Assembly: GCA_964356215.1 (NCBI GenBank)
Contig: CAYHGO010000001.1
Location: forward strand, 1-40,667
From: an uncultured Candidatus Saccharibacteria bacterium
GTDB taxonomy: Bacteria > Patescibacteriota > Minisyncoccia > Phycocordibacterales > Phycocordibacteraceae
Length of the DNA: 40,667 bases
Direction: 5' to 3'
The notes below the pieces were generated by a model. That model ran no database searches, was not told where the DNA came from, and worked only from the letters and a program-made list of their open reading frames with translations. Positions 17,943-27,260 of the stretch are shown piece after piece. Each line of letters opens with the position of its first letter. The first letter of the stretch is position 1. Both the position numbers and the translations under genes were made by a program.

Positions 17943-18965
17943 ATGAAAAAAGCCCTCATTACGGGGTTGTCCGGACAAGACGGTTCCTATCTGGCCGAAC
18001 TCCTCCTTGAGAAGGGGTACGAGGTGCACGGCATCGTGCGGCGCGCCTCCACCTTCAACACGGAGCGCATTGACCATATACAGCACGACATTCACATTCA
18101 CCACGGCGACCTCTCCGATAGCGGCAATCTCGGCCGACTCATCGGGAAAATAGCGCCGGACGAGCTCTACCATCTGGGGGCGCAGAGCCATGTCAGGGTC
18201 AGCTTTGACATCCCCGAATACACAGCGAACATAACCGGGCTCGGAACACTCCGCTTATTGGAGACCATTCGTGACCTTGGACTTGATACTAAATTCTATC
18301 AGGCCTCAAGCTCCGAGATGTTCGGTAAGGCCTCTGAAATCCCGCAAACGGAAAACACCCTCTTCCATCCGCGCTCTCCTTACGGCTGCGCGAAGGTATT
18401 TTCGTATTGGATCGCGAAGAATTACCGAGAGGGATACGGGATGTTCACGGTCAACGGCATCCTCTTCAATCACGAGTCCCCGCGGCGCGGAAAAACATTC
18501 GTTACTCGCAAGATTACCCGCGGGCTTTCCCGCATCGCTCTTGGGCTCGATAAGAAGCTCCTTCTGGGGAACTTGAACGCGGAACGGGACTGGGGATATG
18601 CGAAAGAGTATGTTGAGGGGATGTGGCGCATGTTGCAACATAGAGTGCCTGATGACTACATCCTCGCGACCGGAGAAACGCATTCGGTCCGCGAGTTCGT
18701 GGAAGAGGCCGCAAAGCATCTCGGCCTGCAGTTGGCGTGGAAAGGAAAAGGCATTGATGAAAAAGCTATTGACCGAAAGACGGGTAAAATCATTATCGAA
18801 ATCCATCCGAGGTACTTCCGCCCGGCGGAGGTTGATGTGTTAATCGGAGACCCGAGCAAGGCGCGGAAGAAACTGGGCTGGGTCGCGAAAACAAAATTCA
18901 AGGATTTGGTACAAATGATGGCGGAAGCCGATTTTAAAACCGAAAAATGGAATGCGAGAAAATAA
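17943..18965 (+). CDS. gmd: GDP-mannose 4,6-dehydratase, 340 aa
   Basis: [63 protein letters not shown] and TFVTRKIT form the canonical Gmd signature along the full length. Confidence 0.95.
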   Translation: MKKALITGLSGQDGSYLAELLLEKGYEVHGIVRRASTFNTERIDHIQHDIHIHHGDLSDSGNLGRLIGKIAPDELYHLGAQSHVRVSFDIPEYTANITGLGTLRLLETIRDLGLDTKFYQASSSEMFGKASEIPQTENTLFHPRSPYGCAKVFSYWIAKNYREGYGMFTVNGILFNHESPRRGKTFVTRKITRGLSRIALGLDKKLLLGNLNAERDWGYAKEYVEGMWRMLQHRVPDDYILATGETHSVREFVEEAAKHLGLQLAWKGKGIDEKAIDRKTGKIIIEIHPRYFRPAEVDVLIGDPSKARKKLGWVAKTKFKDLVQMMAEADFKTEKWNARK

Positions 18966-18969
18966 GGGC

Positions 18970-20133
18970 ATGATACGGCTCGTCAAATCCAGTTTTTTGA
19001 AGGAACGGGAAACCAAAAAGAAGTTGGCTGATTTTATCGCAACCGCAGAGACATTTTCTATGGGCGCGCGGTGTGCCGAATTCCAGAAACGCTTTGCGAA
19101 AAAGCAGCGACGGAAGCACGCCGTATACGTCAACAGCGGCAGCAGCGCCAATCTCATCCTGATACAGTCCCTGCTCAATCTGGGAAAACTGAAAAAGGGC
19201 GACCGCGTCGGATTTTCGGCGCTCACCTGGTCCACGAACATCATGCCGCTCATCCAGCTCGGTCTGGCGCCGGTGCCAATTGACTGCGAGATAGACACGC
19301 TGAACGTTTCCCCGCGCAAATTGAAAGAGAAGATACGGGATATTGACGCGCTCTTTTTGACAAACGTGCTCGGTTTCAGCGACGATATCGCCGGCATCGC
19401 GCGTTTGTGCACAAAGCGCGGCATTCTGCTCTATGAGGACAATTGCGAATCGCTCGGTTCCGTCGTCGGCGGCCGCCTGTTGGGAAACTTCGGAAGGGCG
19501 TCTACATTTTCTTTTTTCGTGGGGCATCACATATCCACGATAGAAGGAGGCATGGTGTGTACGGACGATGATGAATTACATCATATGCTACTCATGGTCC
19601 GCGCTCACGGATGGGACCGCAACCTTTCTCCGGCCGTGCAGGTCGCGCGTAGGGCAATCCACAAGGTGGAAGAATTTTTTTCAAAATATACCTTCTACGA
19701 CCTTGGCTACAATGTCCGACCGACCGAGATACAGGGCTTCCTCGGGACCACGCAAATCGGGTTCTGGGACGACATCGTGCGGCGGCGGCAGAAGAATTTC
19801 AGGATGTTTGACCGGGCCGCCGGCACAAACGACGAGCTCTTCGGCCGGAAAACCGCGCACATGGACGTCGTTTCTAATTTTGCCATGCCCGTCGTCTGCA
19901 AAACCGGAAAATTATTCGACAAATACTGTGCGCGGTTCGAGGAACAAGGCGTCGAGATACGGCCAATCATTGCGGGCGATATGACCAAGCAGGTCTTCCA
20001 CAAAAAATACGTCGCGGGTCGCAGTGAGTGCGGGAATGCCTCGCTCATCCACTCCCAAGGATTTTATTTCGGCAATAATCCGGAACTCACGAGAGGCGAA
20101 ATCTCCCAGCTTGTGTCATTATTGAAGAAATAG
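18970..20133 (+). CDS. colD: GDP-4-keto-6-deoxy-D-mannose 3-dehydratase (ColD / E1-family PLP/PMP enzyme), about 387 aa
   Basis: YEDNCESLGS, FSFFVGHHISTIEGG (His in place of the usual PLP Lys, as in ColD SFYSHHIATMEGG), RAHGWDRNL, GYNVRPTE and VEIRPIIAG. Located between gmd and an fcl-like gene. Start taken at the ATG at 18970; the ATG at 18952 is an alternative. Confidence 0.85.
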   Translation: MIRLVKSSFLKERETKKKLADFIATAETFSMGARCAEFQKRFAKKQRRKHAVYVNSGSSANLILIQSLLNLGKLKKGDRVGFSALTWSTNIMPLIQLGLAPVPIDCEIDTLNVSPRKLKEKIRDIDALFLTNVLGFSDDIAGIARLCTKRGILLYEDNCESLGSVVGGRLLGNFGRASTFSFFVGHHISTIEGGMVCTDDDELHHMLLMVRAHGWDRNLSPAVQVARRAIHKVEEFFSKYTFYDLGYNVRPTEIQGFLGTTQIGFWDDIVRRRQKNFRMFDRAAGTNDELFGRKTAHMDVVSNFAMPVVCKTGKLFDKYCARFEEQGVEIRPIIAGDMTKQVFHKKYVAGRSECGNASLIHSQGFYFGNNPELTRGEISQLVSLLKK

Positions 20134-20136
20134 CGT

Positions 20137-21066
20137 ATGGAAAAAAGCGCATCCATCTATGTGGCGGGGCACACGGGAATGGCGGGGTCGGCCGTCGTGC
20201 GGGAACTCACGCGGCTTGGCTATGACAACCTCTTATTGAGAACGCACGGCGAACTTGAATTGACAAACCAAGCCGCGGTTACTGACTTTTTCAAAAAAGA
20301 GAAGCCCGAGTATGTCATTCTCGCCGCGGCAAAAGTCGGCGGCATCCTAGCGAACACGACATTCCAGGCGAACTTCCTCTTTGAAAATATGCAAATCCAG
20401 AACAACGTCATCTGGAACGCTCACGAAAACGGCGTGAAGAAGCTGATGTTCCTCGGTACTTCCTGCATCTATCCGAGAGAGTGTCCCCAGCCGGCGAAGG
20501 AGGAGTATCTCTTGGACGGGAAGCCCGAGCCGACAAACGAGGGCTACGCGCTCGCGAAAATCGCCGGCTTGAAGCTCTGCGAGAAACTGTACGAGCAATA
20601 CGGGGACAAGTTTATTTCGTGCATGCCGACGAATATCTACGGCTACAACGACAACTTTGACCCAAAGTCCGGGCATGTTGTGGCTGGCATGATGCAGAGG
20701 ATGCACGCGGCGAAGATGAGCGGCGACTTGGCGTTTCCGATTTGGGGAAGCGGCAAGCCGGAGCGGGAATTTCTCTTCGTGGATGACTTCGCGCAAGCGG
20801 TCGTCTGGCTGATGAATAATTACGACAAAAAAGAATTCTTGAATATCGGCACCGGCGTCGGTACTTCGATACAAGAGCTGGCGACGCTCATTAAACAAGT
20901 GATTGACTATAAGGGTGAGCTGACCTTTGACACGACGAAGCCGGACGGCGCGCCGATAAAATATTTGGATGTGGGCAAGATGAGCGCGCTTGGATGGAGG
21001 TATTCCACCGAACTTGAGGCAGGTCTTGAGAAAACATATCGCTGGTATCTGGAGCATCGCGCATAA
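20137..21066 (+). CDS. fcl: GDP-L-fucose synthase family SDR; in this context probably GDP-L-colitose synthase (ColC), 309 aa
   Basis: IYVAGHTGMAGSA, AAKVGGI, GTSCIYP, YA.AK, PTN.YG.NDNF and REFL.VDD follow the Fcl/GMER pattern. Follows colD with a 3-nt gap. Confidence 0.85.
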   Translation: MEKSASIYVAGHTGMAGSAVVRELTRLGYDNLLLRTHGELELTNQAAVTDFFKKEKPEYVILAAAKVGGILANTTFQANFLFENMQIQNNVIWNAHENGVKKLMFLGTSCIYPRECPQPAKEEYLLDGKPEPTNEGYALAKIAGLKLCEKLYEQYGDKFISCMPTNIYGYNDNFDPKSGHVVAGMMQRMHAAKMSGDLAFPIWGSGKPEREFLFVDDFAQAVVWLMNNYDKKEFLNIGTGVGTSIQELATLIKQVIDYKGELTFDTTKPDGAPIKYLDVGKMSALGWRYSTELEAGLEKTYRWYLEHRA

Positions 21067-21074
21067 AAAGAGGA

Positions 21075-21098
21075 CGGCCCGCAGCAAGCTGCGGGCCG
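21075..21098. terminator. Bidirectional hairpin terminator between convergent genes
   Basis: Perfect 11-nt inverted repeat CGGCCCGCAGC (21075..21085) / GCTGCGGGCCG (21088..21098). An A-rich run lies upstream on the plus strand, equivalent to the T-run TCCTCTTTTT after the hairpin on the minus strand. Confidence 0.7.
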
Positions 21099-21119
21099 AA
21101 TTGTCGCACGAAAGAACGG

Positions 21120-21953
21120 TTATGCCGCGCGCTTGAAGCCGATGAGCTCGGCCTCTTGGCGCATGGCGGCGACCAGCGCGATGCGTTGCACATCGCGCTT
21201 GCGGTCGTAGGCGGGGTTGCCCGCTTCTATCGCCGTCTGGACCGGCGGGTGCGCGTAATTGACCGCGCACGAGCCGACCTTGAGGCCATCTTGAAGCGCC
21301 CAGAGAAGCGGCACGAAGAGGATGCCCCAGTTGTCATCGTAGACGGCAATCGGGTCCACGCGGGAATGGCCGCGGTATGACAGCAAGAGCTCGGCGGCTC
21401 TGCGGCTCATGATGCGCGGGCCGATGAGATAATCGGCCGTGACGCCCGTCACCTCCGCTATCTCGTGGGCCGCTCGCGCCTCCGACAATGCCTGATAGGG
21501 CGGGTAGTCGGCGAAGAGCTGATTGCGCCACGGGATGACGATGTCATACCCTTGCTTGACCATCTCGATGCAGGGTGCGAGGCACGGCACCATCCCGACC
21601 TTCTCCGGCTCGATCCATGCGATCGCATCTATGTCCACGAAGTCCTGGTGCGCATGCGCGTGCCCAGCAAGGTTGAGAAGACCAGCAGTCCGGATATTAT
21701 CGAGACCTGCCCGGATGCAATGACGTCGCGAGGCGCCCGTGCCCGGCTCGACCTGCTTCTCGACGAGCGTCGCGCCGGCATAGTAGAGCGCATTGCGCGA
21801 CACTTCGAAATCCAACGACCCGTCGACGACTATGACCGGATACCCGAGCGCCTTCGCCGCCTGGCACATCTGGAGCGCCAGCAGGAATCGATAGTCACCC
21901 ATCGGGTCCTCCGTAAACGTCGTCGTAACGATGACTGCTTTCCCTGAATTCAT
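21120..21953 (-). CDS. Hypothetical protein with GT-A-like N-terminal region, 277 aa; distant paralog of 17078..17836
   Basis: The track ORF 21120..22655 is trimmed to the ATG at 21953 (MNSGKAVIV...), which is preceded by AGAGAGGTG. The upstream 234 codons are antisense to the Nudix gene. GYPVIVVDGS, GTGASRR and IEPEK are shared with 17078..17836. Confidence 0.45.
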   Translation of the reverse strand: MNSGKAVIVTTTFTEDPMGDYRFLLALQMCQAAKALGYPVIVVDGSLDFEVSRNALYYAGATLVEKQVEPGTGASRRHCIRAGLDNIRTAGLLNLAGHAHAHQDFVDIDAIAWIEPEKVGMVPCLAPCIEMVKQGYDIVIPWRNQLFADYPPYQALSEARAAHEIAEVTGVTADYLIGPRIMSRRAAELLLSYRGHSRVDPIAVYDDNWGILFVPLLWALQDGLKVGSCAVNYAHPPVQTAIEAGNPAYDRKRDVQRIALVAAMRQEAELIGFKRAA

Positions 21954-22118
21954 TACGCACCTCTCTTGGTTGGTTGTGGACTTGCGCCCGAAATGTGGAA
22001 CAAATAAGCCACTCTTACCATAACATACTCTGCAAAAATAAGCAAGGTCTCGCGCATGTGCTAGAGTAGCGGCATAAGTACTCAACTCAAGACGTATTTT
22101 GAAGACCCGCATTTCAAG

Positions 22119-22637
22119 ATGGGGCGGAAGTTCCTCTCGGATGAAACCTACGCCGAGGCGATAGAATCGTTTGTCATCGTCTGCGCCGATGTCCTCTTTA
22201 TAAATAGAAAGAACAGAAGTGTGCTTCTCCTCGCCCGCCGCAAGGTGAAGCCAATGCAGGGGCTCTGGCTCATCGGCGGCCGGGTCTTCGCCGGCGAGCC
22301 GGAACGCGCCGCCATCGTGCGGCTCGCGAAGCGCGAGGTGGGACTCGACATCGCGCCGGAGCGCTTTGAATACGTGTGCACAAACCGGTATCTGTGGACC
22401 GACCGCGAGCAGGAGCCGCAAGACAAAGGGAGCGACGACCTTTGTTATACCTTCGCGCTTGAGGTTTCCGACGAAGAGCGGCGCGGCGCGGCGGCGCATC
22501 TCGACCCGCACGAATATGACACTACGACGGGCTTGCAAGAATTCAATAAAGAACGGCTTGAAAAAGAATCCGTCCACCAGGCAATCCGCGACCTCTACGA
22601 CATTGTGTTCAGTGAGCAGGAGGCGCACCCCGGGTAA
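22119..22637 (+). CDS. Nudix hydrolase, GDP-mannose mannosyl hydrolase (Gmm/WcaH/NudD)-like, 172 aa
   Basis: Nudix box GGRVFAGEPERAAIVRLAKREVGL. The region before the box (VSxDxxxxN......LLxxRxxxPxQGxWxxxGGR) matches the Gmm layout. Located in the neighbourhood of the GDP-sugar genes. Confidence 0.7.
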   Translation: MGRKFLSDETYAEAIESFVIVCADVLFINRKNRSVLLLARRKVKPMQGLWLIGGRVFAGEPERAAIVRLAKREVGLDIAPERFEYVCTNRYLWTDREQEPQDKGSDDLCYTFALEVSDEERRGAAAHLDPHEYDTTTGLQEFNKERLEKESVHQAIRDLYDIVFSEQEAHPG

Positions 22638-23712
22638 TCGAACGGATGAGTTCAATCATTTTTGGAATAACAACTTCAAAACAATATTCTTTCCGTATCC
22701 GTTCCTGCGCGGCATGACCGAGCCGTGCGCGGAGCGAGGGGTCGGCAAGCAGTTTCCCGAGCTTCTCGGCGAATTCCTCGTCGTTGTATGCGAGAAAACC
22801 GCTTTCGCCGTCCTTGATGACATAGGGTACTTCCCCGAATGCGCTCGCAACAATCGCGAGCCCGCACGCCATATATTCAATAAGCTTGAACGATTGTTTC
22901 CCCGTATTCCACTCCCCGTCAAGCACATTCGGCACGACGCCGATATCAAATTTCCGCATTTGGAGAGGAATCGTCTCGGGGCTGGCCCAGTCCACAAATT
23001 CAACCGCGAGGCCGGGAATATTCCGGAACAGACCATACACATCCTGTCTACCGGCGGCTCCTATCAAAACGAATATGAACGGGACATTCGTTCTCTTGAC
23101 CAGTTTCCCAAATGCCGTAGCGAGGATTTCCAGATTTGGCAGGTGATTGTATGCCGCTCCGGTCCATCCGATGACTACCGATCCGCTCTTGGGCTCGTAC
23201 TGCTTTGTGAATTTCTCATACGCGGCGTATTTGACCGTAATGTGAATGAGGTGCACATTATCGTTATACTGCTTCGCCCACTCTGCCTGCGCATGGCTTG
23301 AAACGATAACGAGGTCGGCCATGCGCGTCAGCGTCTTCGTCTTGAAAAAACTGTGCACGTATACCGGGTCATCAATGTCAAATACCATCTTCCGCCGAGA
23401 GAAGAAAAGGTATGCCACCATGATGGCGAAAAAATATTTGTTCGCTATGGCGCGCTGTAGATATACGACATCCCCTTTTTTGATTGAAAAAAGCGAACGA
23501 ATAATTTCCGCAATCAGCAGGAACTTCTTCGGCCACGGGGTGCGCGAGATGAGAAGCGTCGGCGGCGTATGGACAATCGCGTCGATGCCCCGCGCGCGCA
23601 GTTCGTCCGCAACCCAAAAGGCGCGCGGACGGGAGGACGCGCTCTGCACATCGCTGAAAGTGTAGAAATGGATCGTCCCGAGCGGGGAGACCGTGTGCTG
23701 TTGTGATCCCAT
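22609..23712 (-). CDS. Family 4 glycosyltransferase (GT-B, Glycos_transf_1), about 367 aa
   Basis: C-terminal block SFKLIEYMACGLAIVAS..GEVPYVIKDGESGFL. Start trimmed to the ATG at 23712 (MGSQQH...), because the ORF start at 23808 would overlap the divergent gene. Confidence 0.75.
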   Translation of the reverse strand: MGSQQHTVSPLGTIHFYTFSDVQSASSRPRAFWVADELRARGIDAIVHTPPTLLISRTPWPKKFLLIAEIIRSLFSIKKGDVVYLQRAIANKYFFAIMVAYLFFSRRKMVFDIDDPVYVHSFFKTKTLTRMADLVIVSSHAQAEWAKQYNDNVHLIHITVKYAAYEKFTKQYEPKSGSVVIGWTGAAYNHLPNLEILATAFGKLVKRTNVPFIFVLIGAAGRQDVYGLFRNIPGLAVEFVDWASPETIPLQMRKFDIGVVPNVLDGEWNTGKQSFKLIEYMACGLAIVASAFGEVPYVIKDGESGFLAYNDEEFAEKLGKLLADPSLRARLGHAAQERIRKEYCFEVVIPKMIELIRSITRGAPPAH

Positions 23713-23740
23713 TTTCGTAGGGTAGTATACTGCATACCGT

Positions 23741-24451
23741 ATGTATAGGGAATTCCTTAAACGATTCCGCACCTTCAAGAATTGGTGGCGGTTCATCCCC
23801 CCGTTCAACCGCGCGCGCTACAACGTCATCGCGCGGCTTCGGGACGGAACGAATATCCTCGTCCGCGACATACGTTCCGATGATTACACGACCTTGATGG
23901 ATGTCGTAGGCGAAGATATGTATCGCCTATCCCTGATCAAAAACCCATCCATTATCGTGGATGTCGGCGCGCATATCGGCACGTTTTCCATCCCGGTAGC
24001 GCGCCGGTTCCCTAACGCAACGGTATATGCCGTGGAGCCAGACGCCGAAAATTACCACGCGCTGTTGCACAACATAGCCCTCAACGACCTGAAAAACGTC
24101 TTTCCGCTGAATGTGGCCGTCGCGGGGGGGTATGGTTCAACGCCTTTTTATACTTCAGCGTCAAATGTCGCCCATTCCATCGTTGATGCGTCGGTGGGAA
24201 CGGGAACGGCCATGGTTGACACCATTCCGCTTTCAAAGTTTCCCTGCATAGATGTTTTGAAGTTTGACGCGGAGGGGGCTGAATATGTCATCGGTGAAAT
24301 ACCTAGAACATCATATCTCGCCATAGAAATACATACCATAGCGGGAAGAGACCCTGAAAAACTTGAACGGGATCTGACTTCGAAATTCCGGATTGTCAGA
24401 AAGGATGTTGGAAAATCCGGACACATCACGCTCGTGGGGGTTGGGAGATAA
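23741..24451 (+). CDS. FkbM-family SAM-dependent methyltransferase, 236 aa
   Basis: VDVGAHIGTFSIPVARRFPNATVYAVEPDAENYHALLHNIALN is the FkbM (Methyltransf_21) signature. Confidence 0.85.
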   Translation: MYREFLKRFRTFKNWWRFIPPFNRARYNVIARLRDGTNILVRDIRSDDYTTLMDVVGEDMYRLSLIKNPSIIVDVGAHIGTFSIPVARRFPNATVYAVEPDAENYHALLHNIALNDLKNVFPLNVAVAGGYGSTPFYTSASNVAHSIVDASVGTGTAMVDTIPLSKFPCIDVLKFDAEGAEYVIGEIPRTSYLAIEIHTIAGRDPEKLERDLTSKFRIVRKDVGKSGHITLVGVGR

Positions 24452-24504
24452 AAATCCTAACGATTACTTTTGAGTAAGCCCTGTGATAGGATACGCGCAT
24501 TCGT

Positions 24505-25392
24505 ATGGACAAAGTTATCGTGACTGGAGGCGCAGGATTCATCGGCTCGCATGTGGTTGATGCGCTCATCGCCGACGGGTATGACGTGCATATCGTAGAC
24601 GACCTTTCCGCAGGCAAGAAGGAGTGCATCAACCCGAAGGCGACGCTCTATATCGAAGACATCCGAAATGCGGAAGCGCTCGGTCCGATATTCTCGGGCG
24701 CGCGGTATGTGTTCCACCTGGCAGCGTTGCCGCGCGTACAATACTCCATTGAAAACCCAAAGCACACGAATGACGTGAATCTCTCCGGTACGCTCCATGT
24801 GCTTATTGCGGCAAAGGACGCGGGGATAGAGCGCGTCGTGTTCTCGGCTTCAAGTTCGGTATACGGAGACCAGAAGACGAGCCCATTCACCGAAGAGGCA
24901 CGCCCGGACCCTAAGAGCCCCTATGGCCTGCAAAAGCTCATGGGTGAGATTTACTGCGCCCATTTCAGCGAACACTACGGTTTGCCGACCGTGTCGCTCC
25001 GCTATTTCAATGTGTATGGGCCGCGGATGAATCCGGAAGGAGCGTACCCGCTCGTCATTGGTCATTTCCTAAAACTCAAACGTATCGGCAAACCACTCAC
25101 CATAACCAACGATGGCACCCAGACGCGCGATTTCGTTCATGTGAGCGACGTGGTGCGCGCGAACCTGCTCGCGGCCACTGCGGGAGCGGTCGGCCACGGC
25201 GAGATCATCAACATTGGTGGTGGAAATAATGTTTCCATTAATCGAATCGCCGAGCTCATCGGCGGACCGATAGAATATATTCCCGCGCGCTACGAGCCGC
25301 ACGACACGTTTGCCGATATCAGAAAAGCAAAGAATCTTCTTGGATGGGAGCCGAGGATTTCTATCGAAGAAGGCCTTCGTGGCCTTGTCTAG
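24505..25392 (+). CDS. NAD-dependent nucleotide-sugar epimerase (GalE/WbpP-like extended SDR), 295 aa
   Basis: VIVTGGAGFIGSH, SSSSVYG, catalytic YGLQK, RYFNVYGPR. Confidence 0.8.
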   Translation: MDKVIVTGGAGFIGSHVVDALIADGYDVHIVDDLSAGKKECINPKATLYIEDIRNAEALGPIFSGARYVFHLAALPRVQYSIENPKHTNDVNLSGTLHVLIAAKDAGIERVVFSASSSVYGDQKTSPFTEEARPDPKSPYGLQKLMGEIYCAHFSEHYGLPTVSLRYFNVYGPRMNPEGAYPLVIGHFLKLKRIGKPLTITNDGTQTRDFVHVSDVVRANLLAATAGAVGHGEIINIGGGNNVSINRIAELIGGPIEYIPARYEPHDTFADIRKAKNLLGWEPRISIEEGLRGLV

Positions 25393-26401
25393 GGGCCACT
25401 ACCGCCCGCGCAACTTCATCGATCGAAATCGCATTGATGCATGCGGGACTGCCTTTGCCGTGGCCCGCAGCGCAGAGGTCATCGCGCGAAAAGACCGCGA
25501 TGGGCGCATTTTTCCCGTATTGCCCGGGGAGCCACCAATTTCGACCGAGGCAGGTACGCACAACCAGTAAGGGCACGCCGAGCTGGGCGGCTATGTGCGC
25601 TATTCCCGTATCAACGCTCACTACTGCCGAACTTCGGCTGATTAGGTTCATCATTTCTTGCAAGGTCGCTTCTCCCGCGATGACCTTCGCGTCTATGCCG
25701 CGCGCAATGGCAAGCGCGGATTCCCGCTCCGTCAGCGTACCGCTCACGATGAGAGCAGTCTCCGCGGGGAGCGCGCGCCGCAGAGCGGCGAGCAGTTCGC
25801 GGCTTTTTGCTGGCTGCAAACTGCGAGTCGAACCACCTGCAAAAAGATGCGCGACAACGTACTTCCCCGCTTCTGCTTGAAACATGGCGAGTACCGCATC
25901 GTCTCGCACAAAGGTGAGCGTTGGAAATGGGATCGAGATCGGCAATCCCGCGGCACGAAGTATTTCTCGCTCATGTTCGGCGACAGCCCAATCAGCACGC
26001 ACAGGTAAAAGATGATCGTAGAGCGCGTCATTCCACAAGGAAGCATCGGTAAAGCCCATAAGTCCTCCCCGTTTTGCAAGAACTCGCGAGACGAATTTGC
26101 TTGCGAGGCCGAATCTTCCTCCTGCCTTGCCGGAGTATTGCGTAACGACAAGATCGCTTCCGCGAAAATCTTTCCATAACGAAATGACCGAGCTCGGATG
26201 CCGCCGATTTACTTCAATGATTTCCAGCCATGGATATGCCGCAAAGAGGTCGCGCAACAGAGCACCGCGGCTCCCGACGACGATGCCGAGGCGCGCATTT
26301 GGAAATTGCATGTGAATATTTTCAAGCAAATATTTTCCCATCAGACAATCGCCGATGGAGGAGGCGCGAAAGGTGAGTGCCTTTTTAATTTCCTTACGCA
26401 T
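25361..26401 (-). CDS. Family 9 glycosyltransferase (heptosyltransferase-like), 346 aa
   Basis: N-terminal FRASSIGDCLM...FPNARLGIVV and C-terminal VSVDTGIAHIAAQLGVPLLVV are typical of GT9. The 3' end overlaps the convergent epimerase gene by 32 nt. Confidence 0.8.
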   Translation of the reverse strand: MRKEIKKALTFRASSIGDCLMGKYLLENIHMQFPNARLGIVVGSRGALLRDLFAAYPWLEIIEVNRRHPSSVISLWKDFRGSDLVVTQYSGKAGGRFGLASKFVSRVLAKRGGLMGFTDASLWNDALYDHLLPVRADWAVAEHEREILRAAGLPISIPFPTLTFVRDDAVLAMFQAEAGKYVVAHLFAGGSTRSLQPAKSRELLAALRRALPAETALIVSGTLTERESALAIARGIDAKVIAGEATLQEMMNLISRSSAVVSVDTGIAHIAAQLGVPLLVVRTCLGRNWWLPGQYGKNAPIAVFSRDDLCAAGHGKGSPACINAISIDEVARAVVAPRQGHEGLLR

Positions 26402-27260
26402 AGAATGGGTTCTCGCAATGAAGCCGACGCATTTTCACGAGAAGATTATTTTTGACGACATGCGCGAGAGCTGTGATGAAGCTTCTACGCGGCAGGGGTA
26501 GCGTGCGTTCCTCCGGAACCGCGACAAGATCAAACGGCGCACTTTCGCCGAAGAAAAACCAAGCACGCGGCGCAATGAGTATAGTGAGAAGAGTCACACT
26601 ACGTATGCGCGCGAGCTCGTTCCTCCGTTCAAGCGGGAAATACAACAGGTACTCGCGCTCTGCAAAAAAGCTCTCCAGGCGGCGTAGCGATGCCCCGTGT
26701 GCGCGCAATTGCGACAAATTCACTTCAAAGAGCACGGTCGGCCGTGCGCGCTCAATGAGCCGCATACCACCGCGCAATACATCAAGTTCCATGCCTTCCA
26801 CGTCTATTTTTATGAAGTCAGCTCGCCCTACCTCATCATCGAGTGTGGTTACGACAATATCGCCACCCGCCACCAGCGTGTTCGCTCCGGCATTCGATTC
26901 GTTCCGCGTCAGCAATGTGCAAGTCCCCTTTCTACTTCCGAGAGCCTTGCAAACGAGCTCCGGCGCCACGCTATTTTCCGCCGCATTGCGCGATAGGAGC
27001 AAAAACGCCTCGGCAGAGGGCTCAAAGGAAATTACCGTTCCGACCATTCGCGCGATCGGTATGGAGAATGTGCCGATGTGTGCGCCGATATCTATAACGA
27101 CACTCGCTTGATTCACAAACGCGCACGCCAGCGCGAGCAGTCCCTCATTTGGATATACGCCGCCTCCAAGAGCCACTGCCATTTTTTTATCTTTCTTCGC
27201 GTCAACAAAAAAAACTCCGTGAGAGGTCTGTACCCGAATGATCGCCTCTTTTTCTTTCAT
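26394..27260 (-). CDS. FkbM-family SAM-dependent methyltransferase, 288 aa
   Basis: IDIGAHIGTFSIPIARMVGTVISFEPSAEAFLLLSRNAAEN. ATGA overlap with the upstream GT4. Confidence 0.85.
   Translation of the reverse strand: MKEKEAIIRVQTSHGVFFVDAKKDKKMAVALGGGVYPNEGLLALACAFVNQASVVIDIGAHIGTFSIPIARMVGTVISFEPSAEAFLLLSRNAAENSVAPELVCKALGSRKGTCTLLTRNESNAGANTLVAGGDIVVTTLDDEVGRADFIKIDVEGMELDVLRGGMRLIERARPTVLFEVNLSQLRAHGASLRRLESFFAEREYLLYFPLERRNELARIRSVTLLTILIAPRAWFFFGESAPFDLVAVPEERTLPLPRRSFITALAHVVKNNLLVKMRRLHCENPFYA

Noticed and set aside
20347-21270. 307-aa minus-strand ORF spanning the fcl-like gene and the terminator
   Set aside because: It is antisense to a very well supported Fcl-family gene. It runs through the hairpin terminator and into the next gene, and its composition is Arg/Pro-rich. 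Shadow ORF.
21954-22655. N-terminal 234-codon extension making a 511-aa ORF (track 21120..22655)
   Set aside because: The extension is antisense to the Nudix gene, which has an intact Nudix box, and crosses a 165-bp intergenic region. An internal ATG at 21953 with a GAGAGGTG SD gives a protein colinear with its paralog at 17078..17836.
24452-24504. Weak AT-rich hairpin (TTACT-TTTG-AGTAA) between the FkbM and epimerase genes
   Set aside because: The stem is only 5 bp and AT-rich, with no following T-run. It is not convincing as a terminator or regulatory structure.
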